Below, piece after piece: positions 1 through 9,373 of a stretch of DNA of 64,000 nt (its first letter is position 1; each line of letters opens with the position of its first letter). Made by a program: the position numbers and the translations under genes. The DNA comes from a virus. The notes below the pieces were generated by a model, which saw nothing but the letters and a program-made list of their open reading frames with translations, searched no databases and was not told the origin of the DNA. The stretch is taken from the IMG/VR virus record IMGVR_UViG_3300008740_000003, positions 25,497 through 89,496 of that record. One strand, written 5' to 3'.

Positions 1-1
1 T

Positions 2-379
2 GTATCAGCATTTGGCTGTCACCCAAGTTGTCCTTGTCAATTCCACTGGCACAATCCGACACCGGCAGGAATGTTCAGTGAAAACGGAGCATATATCACT
101 TACAATACAGAAAATAATAATGGATTTTCACAATGGTCAGGTCACGGAGGTCACCAATTGGAAGCATCACTAGGTGCTGGAAGATTCCCAACTGGTGGAA
201 TACCTTGGGCAACTTGCTGGGGAGCAAGTAAGGCTTGTAACTGTTATGAAGCAGATCCATGTATACCACACGTTCCAGTAGGAATGGGAGGTCACGGACC
301 AATGCCTTGCGATGGAGTAAGAGATCACGCAAACAGAGGTGGCCATGGTGGAGTTAGAATTAAATGGATTACAGGATAG
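2..379 (+). CDS. Cys/Gly-rich putative receptor-binding protein, paralog 1 (5'-truncated by the window edge)
   Basis: Frame is open from nt 2 (VSAFGCHPSCPCQFHWHNPTPAG-M...). The C-terminus CWG..ACNCYE...PCDGVRDH..RGGHGGVRIKW matches the next two ORFs. Confidence 0.75.
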   Translation, partial: VSAFGCHPSCPCQFHWHNPTPAGMFSENGAYITYNTENNNGFSQWSGHGGHQLEASLGAGRFPTGGIPWATCWGASKACNCYEADPCIPHVPVGMGGHGPMPCDGVRDHANRGGHGGVRIKWITG

Positions 380-388
380 GATAAAATT

Positions 389-1396
389 ATGGCATCATTA
401 ACGACATTATTGCAAACAAAATATGATGGGATAGCGGCTGGAGAAACTAACCTGGAAAAAGGTACAATTTATACTTTTTATCCTTCCAACGATTATAACA
501 CAAACTTCCAATGTCACGTATGTTGGAAACCACCTGCAAACGGTACAGCACTTTTAGAAGTTTGGGGAGCGGCTGGATCAGGTGCAGAAATGTGTTGTTG
601 CGGTGGAGGAATACCAGGTAACCCAGGTGGTTATGCTAAAAAACAACTAGCGGCTTTTGGTGCAAGTTGGTCAGATTGTTTTGTTTGTTCAGTTATTGGT
701 TTATCATGCGGTAACTCAGATACTTTAAGTCACAGAGGACGTTCAGAACCAACTCAAGTTTGTTGGTTTGCCGGCGGAGCAGATGGATGTATTTGTTCTG
801 AAGGTGGTCAAGGAGGATGTTCTATTTGTTCTACTGGTAATGCATTATATTGTTGTTTTGTAGCACAAAATTATTGTCATACACAAGGTGGAAGCACTTA
901 TTGTGGAATAATTTGTAATTATAGAGATGATGGTGGAAACAGTTATGACGGTGCAGATTATTGTGCATTTGCTTATGGCGGAGATGTAAACTGTTATGGT
1001 GGATTTAGTTGTTATTACTTTAGAGGATGTCAACCAAACTGTAACTGTAGATATATTGCAGTAATTAAAGTTCCACCTGGAATGGTTTCAGAGTGCGGTG
1101 GAGAAGTTCAATACGCACACGATGAAGATAGTGAAAAAGTTTATCACTCAGGTTCAGGCGGAATTATGGGAGTTATGGAACCTCTTAATTTAATGACAAG
1201 AAGTCCTACACAAGGTTCACCTTACAACGCTTGTTGGACAGGTAATGACTCTTGCGGTTGTTATCAAGATCAAGGATGTATTCACTTCTTTCCAGGAGGA
1301 ATACCAGGACAAGGACCAACACCGTGCGATGGATATAGAGATCACGCATGGAGAGGTGGAAACGGAATATTAAGAATTAAGTTTATAGCTTCGTAA
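389..1396 (+). CDS. Cys/Gly-rich putative adhesin (Gly-rich tail-fibre tip-like), paralog 2
   Basis: W..P...EVWGAAGSG...G.PG..GGY.KK and terminal GG.G..RIKF scaffold of phage Gly-rich domains; ~30 Cys in 335 aa including CCC. Confidence 0.75.
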   Translation: MASLTTLLQTKYDGIAAGETNLEKGTIYTFYPSNDYNTNFQCHVCWKPPANGTALLEVWGAAGSGAEMCCCGGGIPGNPGGYAKKQLAAFGASWSDCFVCSVIGLSCGNSDTLSHRGRSEPTQVCWFAGGADGCICSEGGQGGCSICSTGNALYCCFVAQNYCHTQGGSTYCGIICNYRDDGGNSYDGADYCAFAYGGDVNCYGGFSCYYFRGCQPNCNCRYIAVIKVPPGMVSECGGEVQYAHDEDSEKVYHSGSGGIMGVMEPLNLMTRSPTQGSPYNACWTGNDSCGCYQDQGCIHFFPGGIPGQGPTPCDGYRDHAWRGGNGILRIKFIAS

Positions 1397-1414
1397 AAAG
1401 GAATAAATATTATT

Positions 1415-2386
1415 ATGGCAACATTAAAAAACATATTAACAACAAGACAACCGGCAAGTATGTCAGAAAATAACCTAGAAAAAGGTTACATTTATGCATA
1501 TTCTCCGGGTACTCAATTTGCTAATTTTTGTAATGGTGTTTGTTGGACAGCTATAGCAGATGGAAAAGCTATTGTAGAAATTTGGGGAGCTGGTGGATCT
1601 GGTTCTCGTATGTGTTGTTGCGGAGATGGATTACCAGGTAATGCAGGAGCATATTCTAAAAAAACAATTCAAGTAAATCAAGGTGATACAATTACAGCTA
1701 CTTTAGGAATGGCTTGTAGAGCTCACCCACTTTGTCACTCAGGATGTAGTGATTCAACTCAATTATGTTACATAACAACTACTGGAAGTGCAGATGGTTG
1801 TATGTGTGCAAGAGGTGGATATGGTGGAAAATCTATGTGTACAACTGGTACATCTTTCTATTGTTGTTACAGTGCAGAAGGTTTCTGTACTAATAGATGT
1901 AACAATGACAATTGTGGAATGACTTGTAACTGGTGTAATGGTGCATGGGAAGCCTTAGCATATGGTGGAGATATAAATTGTTGTGGACAAATAGGCTGTA
2001 CTAGTTGGTTCGGCTGTTGCCCTCACTGTAAATGTTTCTTCCAAAGACACGCTCCTATACCTTCAGGACTTTTTGCGGAAAATGGAGCATTAATTACGTT
2101 CCAAACAGAATCAGATGGAACACCTATGTCTAACTGGTCAGGTAACCAATTATTCCAATATTATGCGGCTCTTAATTTGGCTACTAAATCACCAAGACAA
2201 GGAAATCCAAGAGCTTATTGTTGGAGATCAGACAGATCTTGCGGTTGTTATGAATCACAAGGATGTGCTAATTTCTTACCAACAGGAGCAGGTGGACTAC
2301 CGCCAATGGCTTGTCCAGACGTTAGAGACCACGGAATACGTGGAGGACACGGAGGAGTTAGAATCAAGTTTATAGCTTCGGCATAA
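1415..2386 (+). CDS. Cys/Gly-rich putative adhesin, paralog 3
   Basis: Collinear with paralog 2 (NLEKG.IY, EIWGAGGSG..MCCCG, AYGGD.NC, SCGCY..QGC, RDH..RGG.G..RIKF); ~31 Cys in 323 aa. Confidence 0.75.
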   Translation: MATLKNILTTRQPASMSENNLEKGYIYAYSPGTQFANFCNGVCWTAIADGKAIVEIWGAGGSGSRMCCCGDGLPGNAGAYSKKTIQVNQGDTITATLGMACRAHPLCHSGCSDSTQLCYITTTGSADGCMCARGGYGGKSMCTTGTSFYCCYSAEGFCTNRCNNDNCGMTCNWCNGAWEALAYGGDINCCGQIGCTSWFGCCPHCKCFFQRHAPIPSGLFAENGALITFQTESDGTPMSNWSGNQLFQYYAALNLATKSPRQGNPRAYCWRSDRSCGCYESQGCANFLPTGAGGLPPMACPDVRDHGIRGGHGGVRIKFIASA

Positions 2387-2432
2387 TAATTGCAGGAGTA
2401 GGATAAATAGTTAAAACAAAGGAACAAAAATT

Positions 2433-3086
2433 ATGATAACAAAAGCGTTTAACATTGAGATGCCAAATAAACCATACGTGGACAACTTTTCAGATAATAC
2501 TGTCCATGCTTCAGAATATGTTGGATTTAAATACGTTAAAGTAATAGTAGATGCAAATGATTGGGTAGTAAATGTAACTTCTGAAGCTGATTCAATGGCC
2601 GAATTAAACGAACAAGCATCTCCAGTTCCAGCAGGTTGCAGTGCAGTTGTAATTGACGCTACAGCAAATCCTTTTGAAGCGGCTTTTATTACAGGAGATT
2701 ATACAACTGGTGCAGTTGCGGCTTATGAAGAATCATTAGGAACAAATGATGATGACGGAAATCCAGAAACTTGGTCATATACTTGGCAAGAAAATAGCCT
2801 TTTAGCTCAAATTTACTTACACGGTACAATGAAATATACAGCTGGTTCTTTTGTTAAACCTCAAATGAGAACACACGCATTAACTAGACAAATGTTCTTA
2901 GATTCTTTAGGACCATTAGCTGATGGTTTACAAGCTAATCTTGATGCAGATACGGCAGATCCTAAATATACAGCGGCACAAAGACAAGCAGTTGTAGATC
3001 ACAAAGCATACGTAGATAATATTCCTACAAAATACGCGGCAGTTGACCATTGGAAGATTCCTTTCAAACCAATGCCTCAAGTGTAA
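2433..3086 (+). CDS. Hypothetical protein, possible fibre assembly/chaperone or adhesin attachment subunit
   Basis: Acidic 217-aa ORF directly after the paralogs; C-terminal helix followed by IP..Y....WKIPF.P.P loosely resembles fibre-assembly protein tails. Confidence 0.45.
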   Translation: MITKAFNIEMPNKPYVDNFSDNTVHASEYVGFKYVKVIVDANDWVVNVTSEADSMAELNEQASPVPAGCSAVVIDATANPFEAAFITGDYTTGAVAAYEESLGTNDDDGNPETWSYTWQENSLLAQIYLHGTMKYTAGSFVKPQMRTHALTRQMFLDSLGPLADGLQANLDADTADPKYTAAQRQAVVDHKAYVDNIPTKYAAVDHWKIPFKPMPQV

Positions 3087-3119
3087 TAATTTAATACTTC
3101 TAATCACATTTCAAGAATT

Positions 3120-3164
3120 TTAGGTTACACTATTCGTACCTAATAAGTAATAGTGTTAATCTAA
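3120..3164 (+). promoter_or_regulatory. Stem-loop or pseudoknot enclosing an ATAAGTA late-promoter-like box just upstream of ATG 3167
   Basis: ACACTATT 3127-3134 pairs with AATAGTGT 3149-3156. TTAGGT 3120-3125 can pair with ACCTAA 3138-3143 or with the AATCTAA arm 3158-3164. Confidence 0.45.
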
Positions 3165-3166
3165 TT

Positions 3167-4144
3167 ATGACTGAAAATAATCCAATATCTAGACCAAAAG
3201 CATTTTTTTTAAATGGGGGAATGGGCAGAATAATTTGTGCCATCCCTGCCCTTGAAAAATACTATAATGAATCTAACGATAAAGATTTTATTATAGTAAT
3301 AGAAGGTATCCAAAATATCTTAGATGGTCATCCAACATTAGATTCTAAAACATTTGACTATGGTCATAAAAATTTATTCCACACTAAACTTGTAAAAATG
3401 GATGTGATAAGTTTAGAGCCATATAGAGTATGGGAATACTATAATCAAAAATGTAATATAACTCAAGCATTTGATATTTTAATTAATAACAAAGGCGTTA
3501 GAGAATTATCAGCACCTACAATTAATCTAAGTCAAGAAGAATTACTTGCAGGGAAAAAAGCAGTTAAAGAAATTAAAGATAAACTTAAAAAAGAAAAAGT
3601 AATTGTTTTACAACCTTTTGGACGAGGCATTCAACAAATAGATAATAGTTTTGTAGATAAAACTTGTCGAAGTATGGAATTTAAAAATCTAAAAAGTATA
3701 ATAAGAAAATTACAAGCACAAGATTATGCAATTATATTAATGGCAGAATTTGGAATTGAATTAAAAGGTGAGAAATATCCAGATGAAGTAGCAATGCCTG
3801 AAGGAATTGATTTAAGAAAATGGTTAGCAATTATAAAAAATTGTGATCATTTTTTAGGTTGTGATAGTGTAGGTCAACATTTAGCCTATATAGGTGGAAC
3901 AGAAGCAACAGTAATAATTGGTGCAACGTTCCCAGTTAATACATCATATCCTAAAACAAAAGGAATTAATATTATAGATATGGGACAAATAGATAGAGAA
4001 TATGATCCAATAAGAATAACAAACGATGAACAAGTTAGTAGACATAATGAAAAATTAATGTGGATGTCTGATGAAGTAGAAGATTATGTTGTAAATGTAA
4101 TATTAGGAAAACAAAAAACTGACGAGGAAGAACTAAATGAATAA
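3167..4144 (+). CDS. GT-B fold glycosyltransferase, GT9/heptosyltransferase-like, paralog A
   Basis: N-terminal GGMGRIICAIPAL (cf. the GT9 lGD...p.l motif), QPFG, and C-terminal IKNCDHFLGCDSVGQHLA (GT9 DSG..HlA box). Confidence 0.7.
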   Translation: MTENNPISRPKAFFLNGGMGRIICAIPALEKYYNESNDKDFIIVIEGIQNILDGHPTLDSKTFDYGHKNLFHTKLVKMDVISLEPYRVWEYYNQKCNITQAFDILINNKGVRELSAPTINLSQEELLAGKKAVKEIKDKLKKEKVIVLQPFGRGIQQIDNSFVDKTCRSMEFKNLKSIIRKLQAQDYAIILMAEFGIELKGEKYPDEVAMPEGIDLRKWLAIIKNCDHFLGCDSVGQHLAYIGGTEATVIIGATFPVNTSYPKTKGINIIDMGQIDREYDPIRITNDEQVSRHNEKLMWMSDEVEDYVVNVILGKQKTDEEELNE

Positions 4145-5948
4145 ATCAGGTTATATTGCGGCAATAGCCAGAGGACATAATGCAGGAATATGTTTATTAA
4201 AAGATGGAGAAATTGTTTTTGCAATAGAAGAAGAAAGATTATCTAGACACAAATACGATGGTGGTCCTTATCGTTCAATGATGGAAGTATTAAAATATAC
4301 TGACAAAATAGATTATTTAATTGTAGCTCATACACAACCATTAGATGATCCTACTACTGGTAAAGTAGATTATACTCATGATGATGTATATACAGGAATA
4401 GCAAGAAAATTAGGTTTAATAGATAGAAAAGCAAATTTAAAACAACACCCACAAGTAATTGACCTAAGTCATATTCATCATAAGTTACACGCCGGTTGTG
4501 CTTTTTATAGATCAGGATTTGATAAAGCCTGTTCGGTTATTGTTGATGGAGCAGGAACTTTTATGCCTGTTAATAATCAACTTACAGGAGATTTATGGAT
4601 GTTTGAAATAGAATCTATTTTTGATTGTTCATATCCTAATAATATAACAACTGTATGGAAACACTACGGTACTGGTTCTGCGTCTCCTGGAGCACATATG
4701 ACAAAAATGGATTCATCTAAAATGGGAGAACCTGGTAAAACTCATGAATGTTTATTTTCAGATGTAGCAGGAATTGTTAAAGTTTATGAAGCAGTTACTC
4801 AATACTGTGGATTCTCAGCCATTGAAGCAGGAAAAACAATGGGATTATTTCCTTATGGAAAACCTAATGATAGAATTCCTCCATTATTTCATAATGAAAT
4901 AAAATATATGTCTTTATCTAATAGACATTTAATAATTCCTACATATCCTAATGCGGCAATAGTAAATGAAGGCATTTATGATTATTTAGATGAAACACCT
5001 ACAGACAATCCTGATGTTACTAAACTACCTAATAGAAGAGATTTAGCCTATGCTTGTCAAACAGAAACTCAAGCAGAAGTTTTAAAATTAATTTATAAAG
5101 CTGTAGAAATGACAGGTCAAAAAAATGTTGTATTATCTGGTGGATATGGATTAAATTGTGTAGCAAATTATTGGTATCTTGAGTCTTTAAGAAAAGATGG
5201 AATTAATTTATTTGTTGAACCAGTATCAAATGACGCCGGAACAGCCATTGGAGCGGCTCTTTTATTTTATTATGGTATGTCAGAAGATATGACAAAAAGA
5301 CCACTTACTACATTATGTCAAGGTCCAGAAAGAAAATATACATTAGAAGAAATAGAAAAATTAGCAAATAAACCTGGTGTTGAATTGATGGACGCAAACG
5401 ATAAAGATGTAGTTAAATTAATGATAGAAAAAAATATTGTTTCAATGTTTCAAGGAAAATCAGAAAGTGGTCCAAGAGCATTAGGTAACAGAAGTATTTT
5501 ATTTGATCCTTCATTTAAAGATGGTAAAGATTTTGTTAATATAGTTAAACGAAGAGAATATTTTAGACCATTTGCAGGATCTATATTACATGAACACGTA
5601 CACGAATGGTTTGATTTAAGAGGAATGGAAGAAAGTCCTTATATGATGTATGCTGTAAATTGTCAAGAAGGAATAGCAGAAAAAATTCCTAGTATTATAC
5701 ACGTAGATGGTACTTGTAGAATACAAACAGTTAAAGAAGAACAAAATCCATTGTATTATAAATTAATTAAAGAGTTTTATAATCAAACAAAAATACCAAT
5801 TGTGTTTAATACGTCATTTAATTTAGCTGGAGAACCACTTGTAGAAACATTAGAAGACGCTATATGGACTCTTGAACAATCTCTTTTAGAATATTTGTAT
5901 CTTCCAGAATATGGAAAAATGATAAAGGTAAAAAATGTTAAGAAATAG
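4137..5948 (+). CDS. Full-length O-carbamoyltransferase (NodU/CmcH/TobZ family)
   Basis: EEERLSRHK, HHKLHA, VDGAG, GKTMGL, SGGYGLNCVAN, DAGTAIGAA, ESGPRALGNRSIL, KRREYFRPFA, HVDGTCRIQTV, NTSFNLAGEPLV. Confidence 0.95.
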   Translation: MNKSGYIAAIARGHNAGICLLKDGEIVFAIEEERLSRHKYDGGPYRSMMEVLKYTDKIDYLIVAHTQPLDDPTTGKVDYTHDDVYTGIARKLGLIDRKANLKQHPQVIDLSHIHHKLHAGCAFYRSGFDKACSVIVDGAGTFMPVNNQLTGDLWMFEIESIFDCSYPNNITTVWKHYGTGSASPGAHMTKMDSSKMGEPGKTHECLFSDVAGIVKVYEAVTQYCGFSAIEAGKTMGLFPYGKPNDRIPPLFHNEIKYMSLSNRHLIIPTYPNAAIVNEGIYDYLDETPTDNPDVTKLPNRRDLAYACQTETQAEVLKLIYKAVEMTGQKNVVLSGGYGLNCVANYWYLESLRKDGINLFVEPVSNDAGTAIGAALLFYYGMSEDMTKRPLTTLCQGPERKYTLEEIEKLANKPGVELMDANDKDVVKLMIEKNIVSMFQGKSESGPRALGNRSILFDPSFKDGKDFVNIVKRREYFRPFAGSILHEHVHEWFDLRGMEESPYMMYAVNCQEGIAEKIPSIIHVDGTCRIQTVKEEQNPLYYKLIKEFYNQTKIPIVFNTSFNLAGEPLVETLEDAIWTLEQSLLEYLYLPEYGKMIKVKNVKK

Positions 5949-6882
5949 TGCTATCTTTTTAAATGGCGGTGCTGGAAGAATGATTAGTTCCATACCTGCA
6001 TTAGAAAATTTTGAAAAAGAAAATCCTAATGATGATTTTGTAATAATTTGTGAAGGTGGAACTGATGTTTTAAAAGGTCATCCAACATTATATTATAAAA
6101 CATATGACAATTGGCATAAAGGACTTTTTAAAGAATTAATAAAAGATAGAAATTGTATTAATCCTGAACCATATAGAGTATGGGAATACTATACTCAAAA
6201 ATGTAGTCTTGCTCAAGCATATGATATTGCAATTAATAATAAAGGTATAAGAGAATTACAAAAACCTACAATAAGATTAAGCAAAGATGAACTATTATAT
6301 GCTCGAAAAATGTTAACTGAAGTAAAAGAAAAATGCAAAAAAGATAAAATAATTGTTATTCAACCCTTTGGAAGAGGTGTTAGAAAAGAAGATAAAGATG
6401 TAGTTGACATTACCGGCAGAAGTATGGAAACTAAAAATCTTTATAATATAGTAAGAAAGTTATCTAAAAAATATGCTGTAATGATTATGACAGAAACACC
6501 ATTAGAATTTAATAAGCATATGTCATCACCTGTAGCTACACCACAAAACGTACATATTAGAATATGGATGGCTGTAATTAGACAATGTGATCACTTTGTA
6601 GGATGTGACAGTGTAGGTGCACATATGGCTTATACTTTTGACACAACTACAACATCTATTATAGGATCTACATTTCCTATTAATACATCATTTCCAGATT
6701 ATGAAAAATTTGATGTCATTGATTTGGGCAAAGAAGACCGTGTTTATAGCCCTATAAGAATTACTGTAGATGAATTTTCAGACCGTATAAACGAGGGTAT
6801 TATGGAGATGAATGACCAACAAGAGCAACAAGTTATTGCATCTGTCAATAGAATGATAAAACACGGTAAAAATACCCGTTAA
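5935..6882 (+). CDS. GT9/heptosyltransferase-like glycosyltransferase, paralog B
   Basis: Collinear paralog of 3167-4144 (FLNGG.GR, GHPTL, EPYRVWEYY.QKC, QPFGRG, CDHF.GCDSVG.H.AY, PIRIT). Confidence 0.7.
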   Translation: MLRNSAIFLNGGAGRMISSIPALENFEKENPNDDFVIICEGGTDVLKGHPTLYYKTYDNWHKGLFKELIKDRNCINPEPYRVWEYYTQKCSLAQAYDIAINNKGIRELQKPTIRLSKDELLYARKMLTEVKEKCKKDKIIVIQPFGRGVRKEDKDVVDITGRSMETKNLYNIVRKLSKKYAVMIMTETPLEFNKHMSSPVATPQNVHIRIWMAVIRQCDHFVGCDSVGAHMAYTFDTTTTSIIGSTFPINTSFPDYEKFDVIDLGKEDRVYSPIRITVDEFSDRINEGIMEMNDQQEQQVIASVNRMIKHGKNTR

Positions 6883-6948
6883 GCCCAATATCTACTTAAA
6901 CTTTATCCTAATAAAATTGGTAAATACACTTAAAGAAGGAATCTTCAT

Positions 6949-7371
6949 ATGTTTGATGTGTCAAAACTATTTGGAAAAGGCGATAAAAATACGCTATTAA
7001 TGAAAAATGGGTTAAATTTTTCATATAATGGTCCGTATGCTACAGTTGTAGAAGGATTAATTTTAGACAGATTTCATGTTGGAACTTTTTGTTCTGCAGA
7101 ATATACAATATCTATAGACTATGATACTAATAATAAAGAAATTATTAGAGCACTAGTAGTAGGTAGCCCATCAAATAGTTCTGTAACAATTTACGGAAGA
7201 TCAAATTTAGGAAATGATTTAGTAAAATTAACTAGTACAGTTACTAATTCTTATGTAGAATTAAAACTAGATCCTGAACAAAAAACATCAACAACAAAAT
7301 ATGACGGTTCAAAAGCTATTTTCAAAGCAACATATTATCAAACAATGAATGCTTTGGTAGGTGGTGCATAA
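6949..7371 (+). CDS. Hypothetical virion protein (beta-rich)
   Basis: AAGGA SD and upstream TAAATA (6921-6926); located in the fibre region. Confidence 0.55.
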   Translation: MFDVSKLFGKGDKNTLLMKNGLNFSYNGPYATVVEGLILDRFHVGTFCSAEYTISIDYDTNNKEIIRALVVGSPSNSSVTIYGRSNLGNDLVKLTSTVTNSYVELKLDPEQKTSTTKYDGSKAIFKATYYQTMNALVGGA

Positions 7372-7412
7372 TATATGAAGTTATATTTTGATAAATATAG
7401 AGTATAAAGACT

Positions 7413-9269
7413 ATGGCAGTAAATTATAAACAGTTTGAAGCAAACTATGGATTTAAGAGTCCAGGATTTACGGTTGACAATCTTGGTAATGTAATAGTAA
7501 GAACAATTACTAATACATATACTCCAACTGCGACTGACTCTATAGATTATACAGTTACAGAATCTACAAATAATTTTAGTATTACAGATAAAGAAAGCAA
7601 TAATTTAGGATCAAATCCTGTTCTTGATTTAAAAAGAGGTACAACTTACGTTTTTAGCCTTGATACTACATCTGTTACATTTAATATTTTTGCACCTGAT
7701 ACAAATAATAATTCAGTACCTGGTGAGCTTTATAATACTGGGTTATCACATACTACAAGTATTAATGGACAAAATCTTTCAACTGATACATGGACAGTTC
7801 AACAAACTTGGCAACAAGAAACAACAGCATATAGTAGACCTGTAACTGTTGTTGTACCTAATACTGTTGGAACATCCTTAGAAGGTAAACAAATTCCTGT
7901 AATTATATCTTTACACAATGCAAATCAATCATCCGGAAATGCTATTACACATTTAAATTATCTAACAGATAAAATTATAGTTGCTCCTCAAGGTTATAGT
8001 AAAGAATGGAATGTTGGATATTCATCTAGTAAAGCAGATGATATAGCATATCTTGATGCAATAATAGATAAGTTAGCAACTTTTGATAACGTAGATATAA
8101 GAGAAATTTCAATTCATGGACAAGGACTTGGTGGTCAAATGGCACACCAATATGCTTTACAAACAACAAAAACAAATATTAAAAATGTAATTATTGAATC
8201 AGCATTATTTAATGAAGATCAATATAGAGAAAATACAAACATTTTCTACAAAATGGCTTTATCTAATCTAGGAGATTCAACAGCAGTTTCTTGGACACCT
8301 GTAACACCTTTAACTAAATCAAAAGTTGTAATGTTTCATGGTGAAGAAGATTTAGCGTATCCATTTAATGGAGGAGTTGTAGCAGGCGAAACTATTTTAA
8401 CAGCGGCAACTACAATATATGGATGGGCAAAAGCCGTTGGTACTAGTCAAAGTAAATTAACATCTGGAACACTACAAAGTGATGGAGCAAGTTTATATTC
8501 TTATAATTCAGGTGCAGTAGCATTATATGGCTATCCTAATGTAGCACAATCTTGGGAAGGAGCTGTAAAAACAAGCATTCAAACAAAAGTAAATGAAACA
8601 GCAACACCTAGTTCATTTTTAGATATTCCTACAGCTTCAACTGTATCAGGAGCAAGTGCTCAAGCAAAAACTAAAGGACTTTTAAGTTTTATAGTACCAA
8701 TTGATGCCCCAGATAAAATATTTTATGGTGATGGAGACAAAATACCTAATGCGGCAATGAATATAACTAATCCTACGGTAACAGGAATTGGATCATTTAG
8801 TTCTATTCTTAATACAGGAAATTTAATAAGTTCAGGTGTAGATGCAACTATAACAATTAGTCCTACAGGTACTGGTACAGTAGATATTAATCCAGCTGGC
8901 GGTGGTACTATAAACAATGTAAATGTTAATGCATCAAATTTAACAACATCTGGTGAAGTATCAATAACACCTAATTCAGACGTAACTATAAGCCCGCAAA
9001 TAAGTGGAACACTAACAATTAATCCTACAGCAACAGGAGTTTTAAATAATGTAACTGTAGGGCAATCTGTTCCTAAAGCTGGGTCTTTTACTACTCTCGT
9101 TTCGACGTCAGGAACGTTAAATAGTACTACAATTGGTACAACAACACCTGCTAATGCTGGATTTTTACAGGCATCGGGCGAAAATGCGCCTTCAACAGGT
9201 AAACACTTGACCAATAAAACTTATGTGGACGCAACTAGTATGGTTTATTCTATTGCGTTAGGAGTATAA
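7413..9269 (+). CDS. Virion structural/fibre protein with an inserted, degenerate alpha/beta-hydrolase (LpqC/PHB-depolymerase-like) domain
   Basis: NPVLDLKRGTTYVF and I.P.GTG.V fibre motifs flank PVIISLH...IVAPQG...WN...DDIAYL...HGQGLGG...FHGEED..PF.GG; ends NKTYVD....SIALG. Confidence 0.7.
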   Translation: MAVNYKQFEANYGFKSPGFTVDNLGNVIVRTITNTYTPTATDSIDYTVTESTNNFSITDKESNNLGSNPVLDLKRGTTYVFSLDTTSVTFNIFAPDTNNNSVPGELYNTGLSHTTSINGQNLSTDTWTVQQTWQQETTAYSRPVTVVVPNTVGTSLEGKQIPVIISLHNANQSSGNAITHLNYLTDKIIVAPQGYSKEWNVGYSSSKADDIAYLDAIIDKLATFDNVDIREISIHGQGLGGQMAHQYALQTTKTNIKNVIIESALFNEDQYRENTNIFYKMALSNLGDSTAVSWTPVTPLTKSKVVMFHGEEDLAYPFNGGVVAGETILTAATTIYGWAKAVGTSQSKLTSGTLQSDGASLYSYNSGAVALYGYPNVAQSWEGAVKTSIQTKVNETATPSSFLDIPTASTVSGASAQAKTKGLLSFIVPIDAPDKIFYGDGDKIPNAAMNITNPTVTGIGSFSSILNTGNLISSGVDATITISPTGTGTVDINPAGGGTINNVNVNASNLTTSGEVSITPNSDVTISPQISGTLTINPTATGVLNNVTVGQSVPKAGSFTTLVSTSGTLNSTTIGTTTPANAGFLQASGENAPSTGKHLTNKTYVDATSMVYSIALGV

Positions 9270-9272
9270 AAA

Positions 9273-9368
9273 ATGGCTTGCGAAAACGAAAAATGTAAAT
9301 GCGAAAATTGTACTTGTGATCCTTGTTTATGTACGGAAGACAAACAGTGTGAGTGTGCAAAGGAATAA
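9273..9368 (+). CDS. 31-aa metallothionein-like peptide (not in the ORF track)
   Basis: MACENEKCKCENCTCDPCLCTEDKQCECAKE*; 9 Cys, four CxC pairs; GGAG SD at 9261-9264; fills the gap between two genes. Confidence 0.75.
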   Translation: MACENEKCKCENCTCDPCLCTEDKQCECAKE

Positions 9369-9373
9369 TTTAA

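Noticed and set aside
2-2386. Diversity-generating retroelement or invertible cassette behind the adhesin paralogs
   Set aside because: No reverse transcriptase or invertase in the window. The paralogs differ throughout rather than only at adenines, and no flanking inverted repeats were seen.
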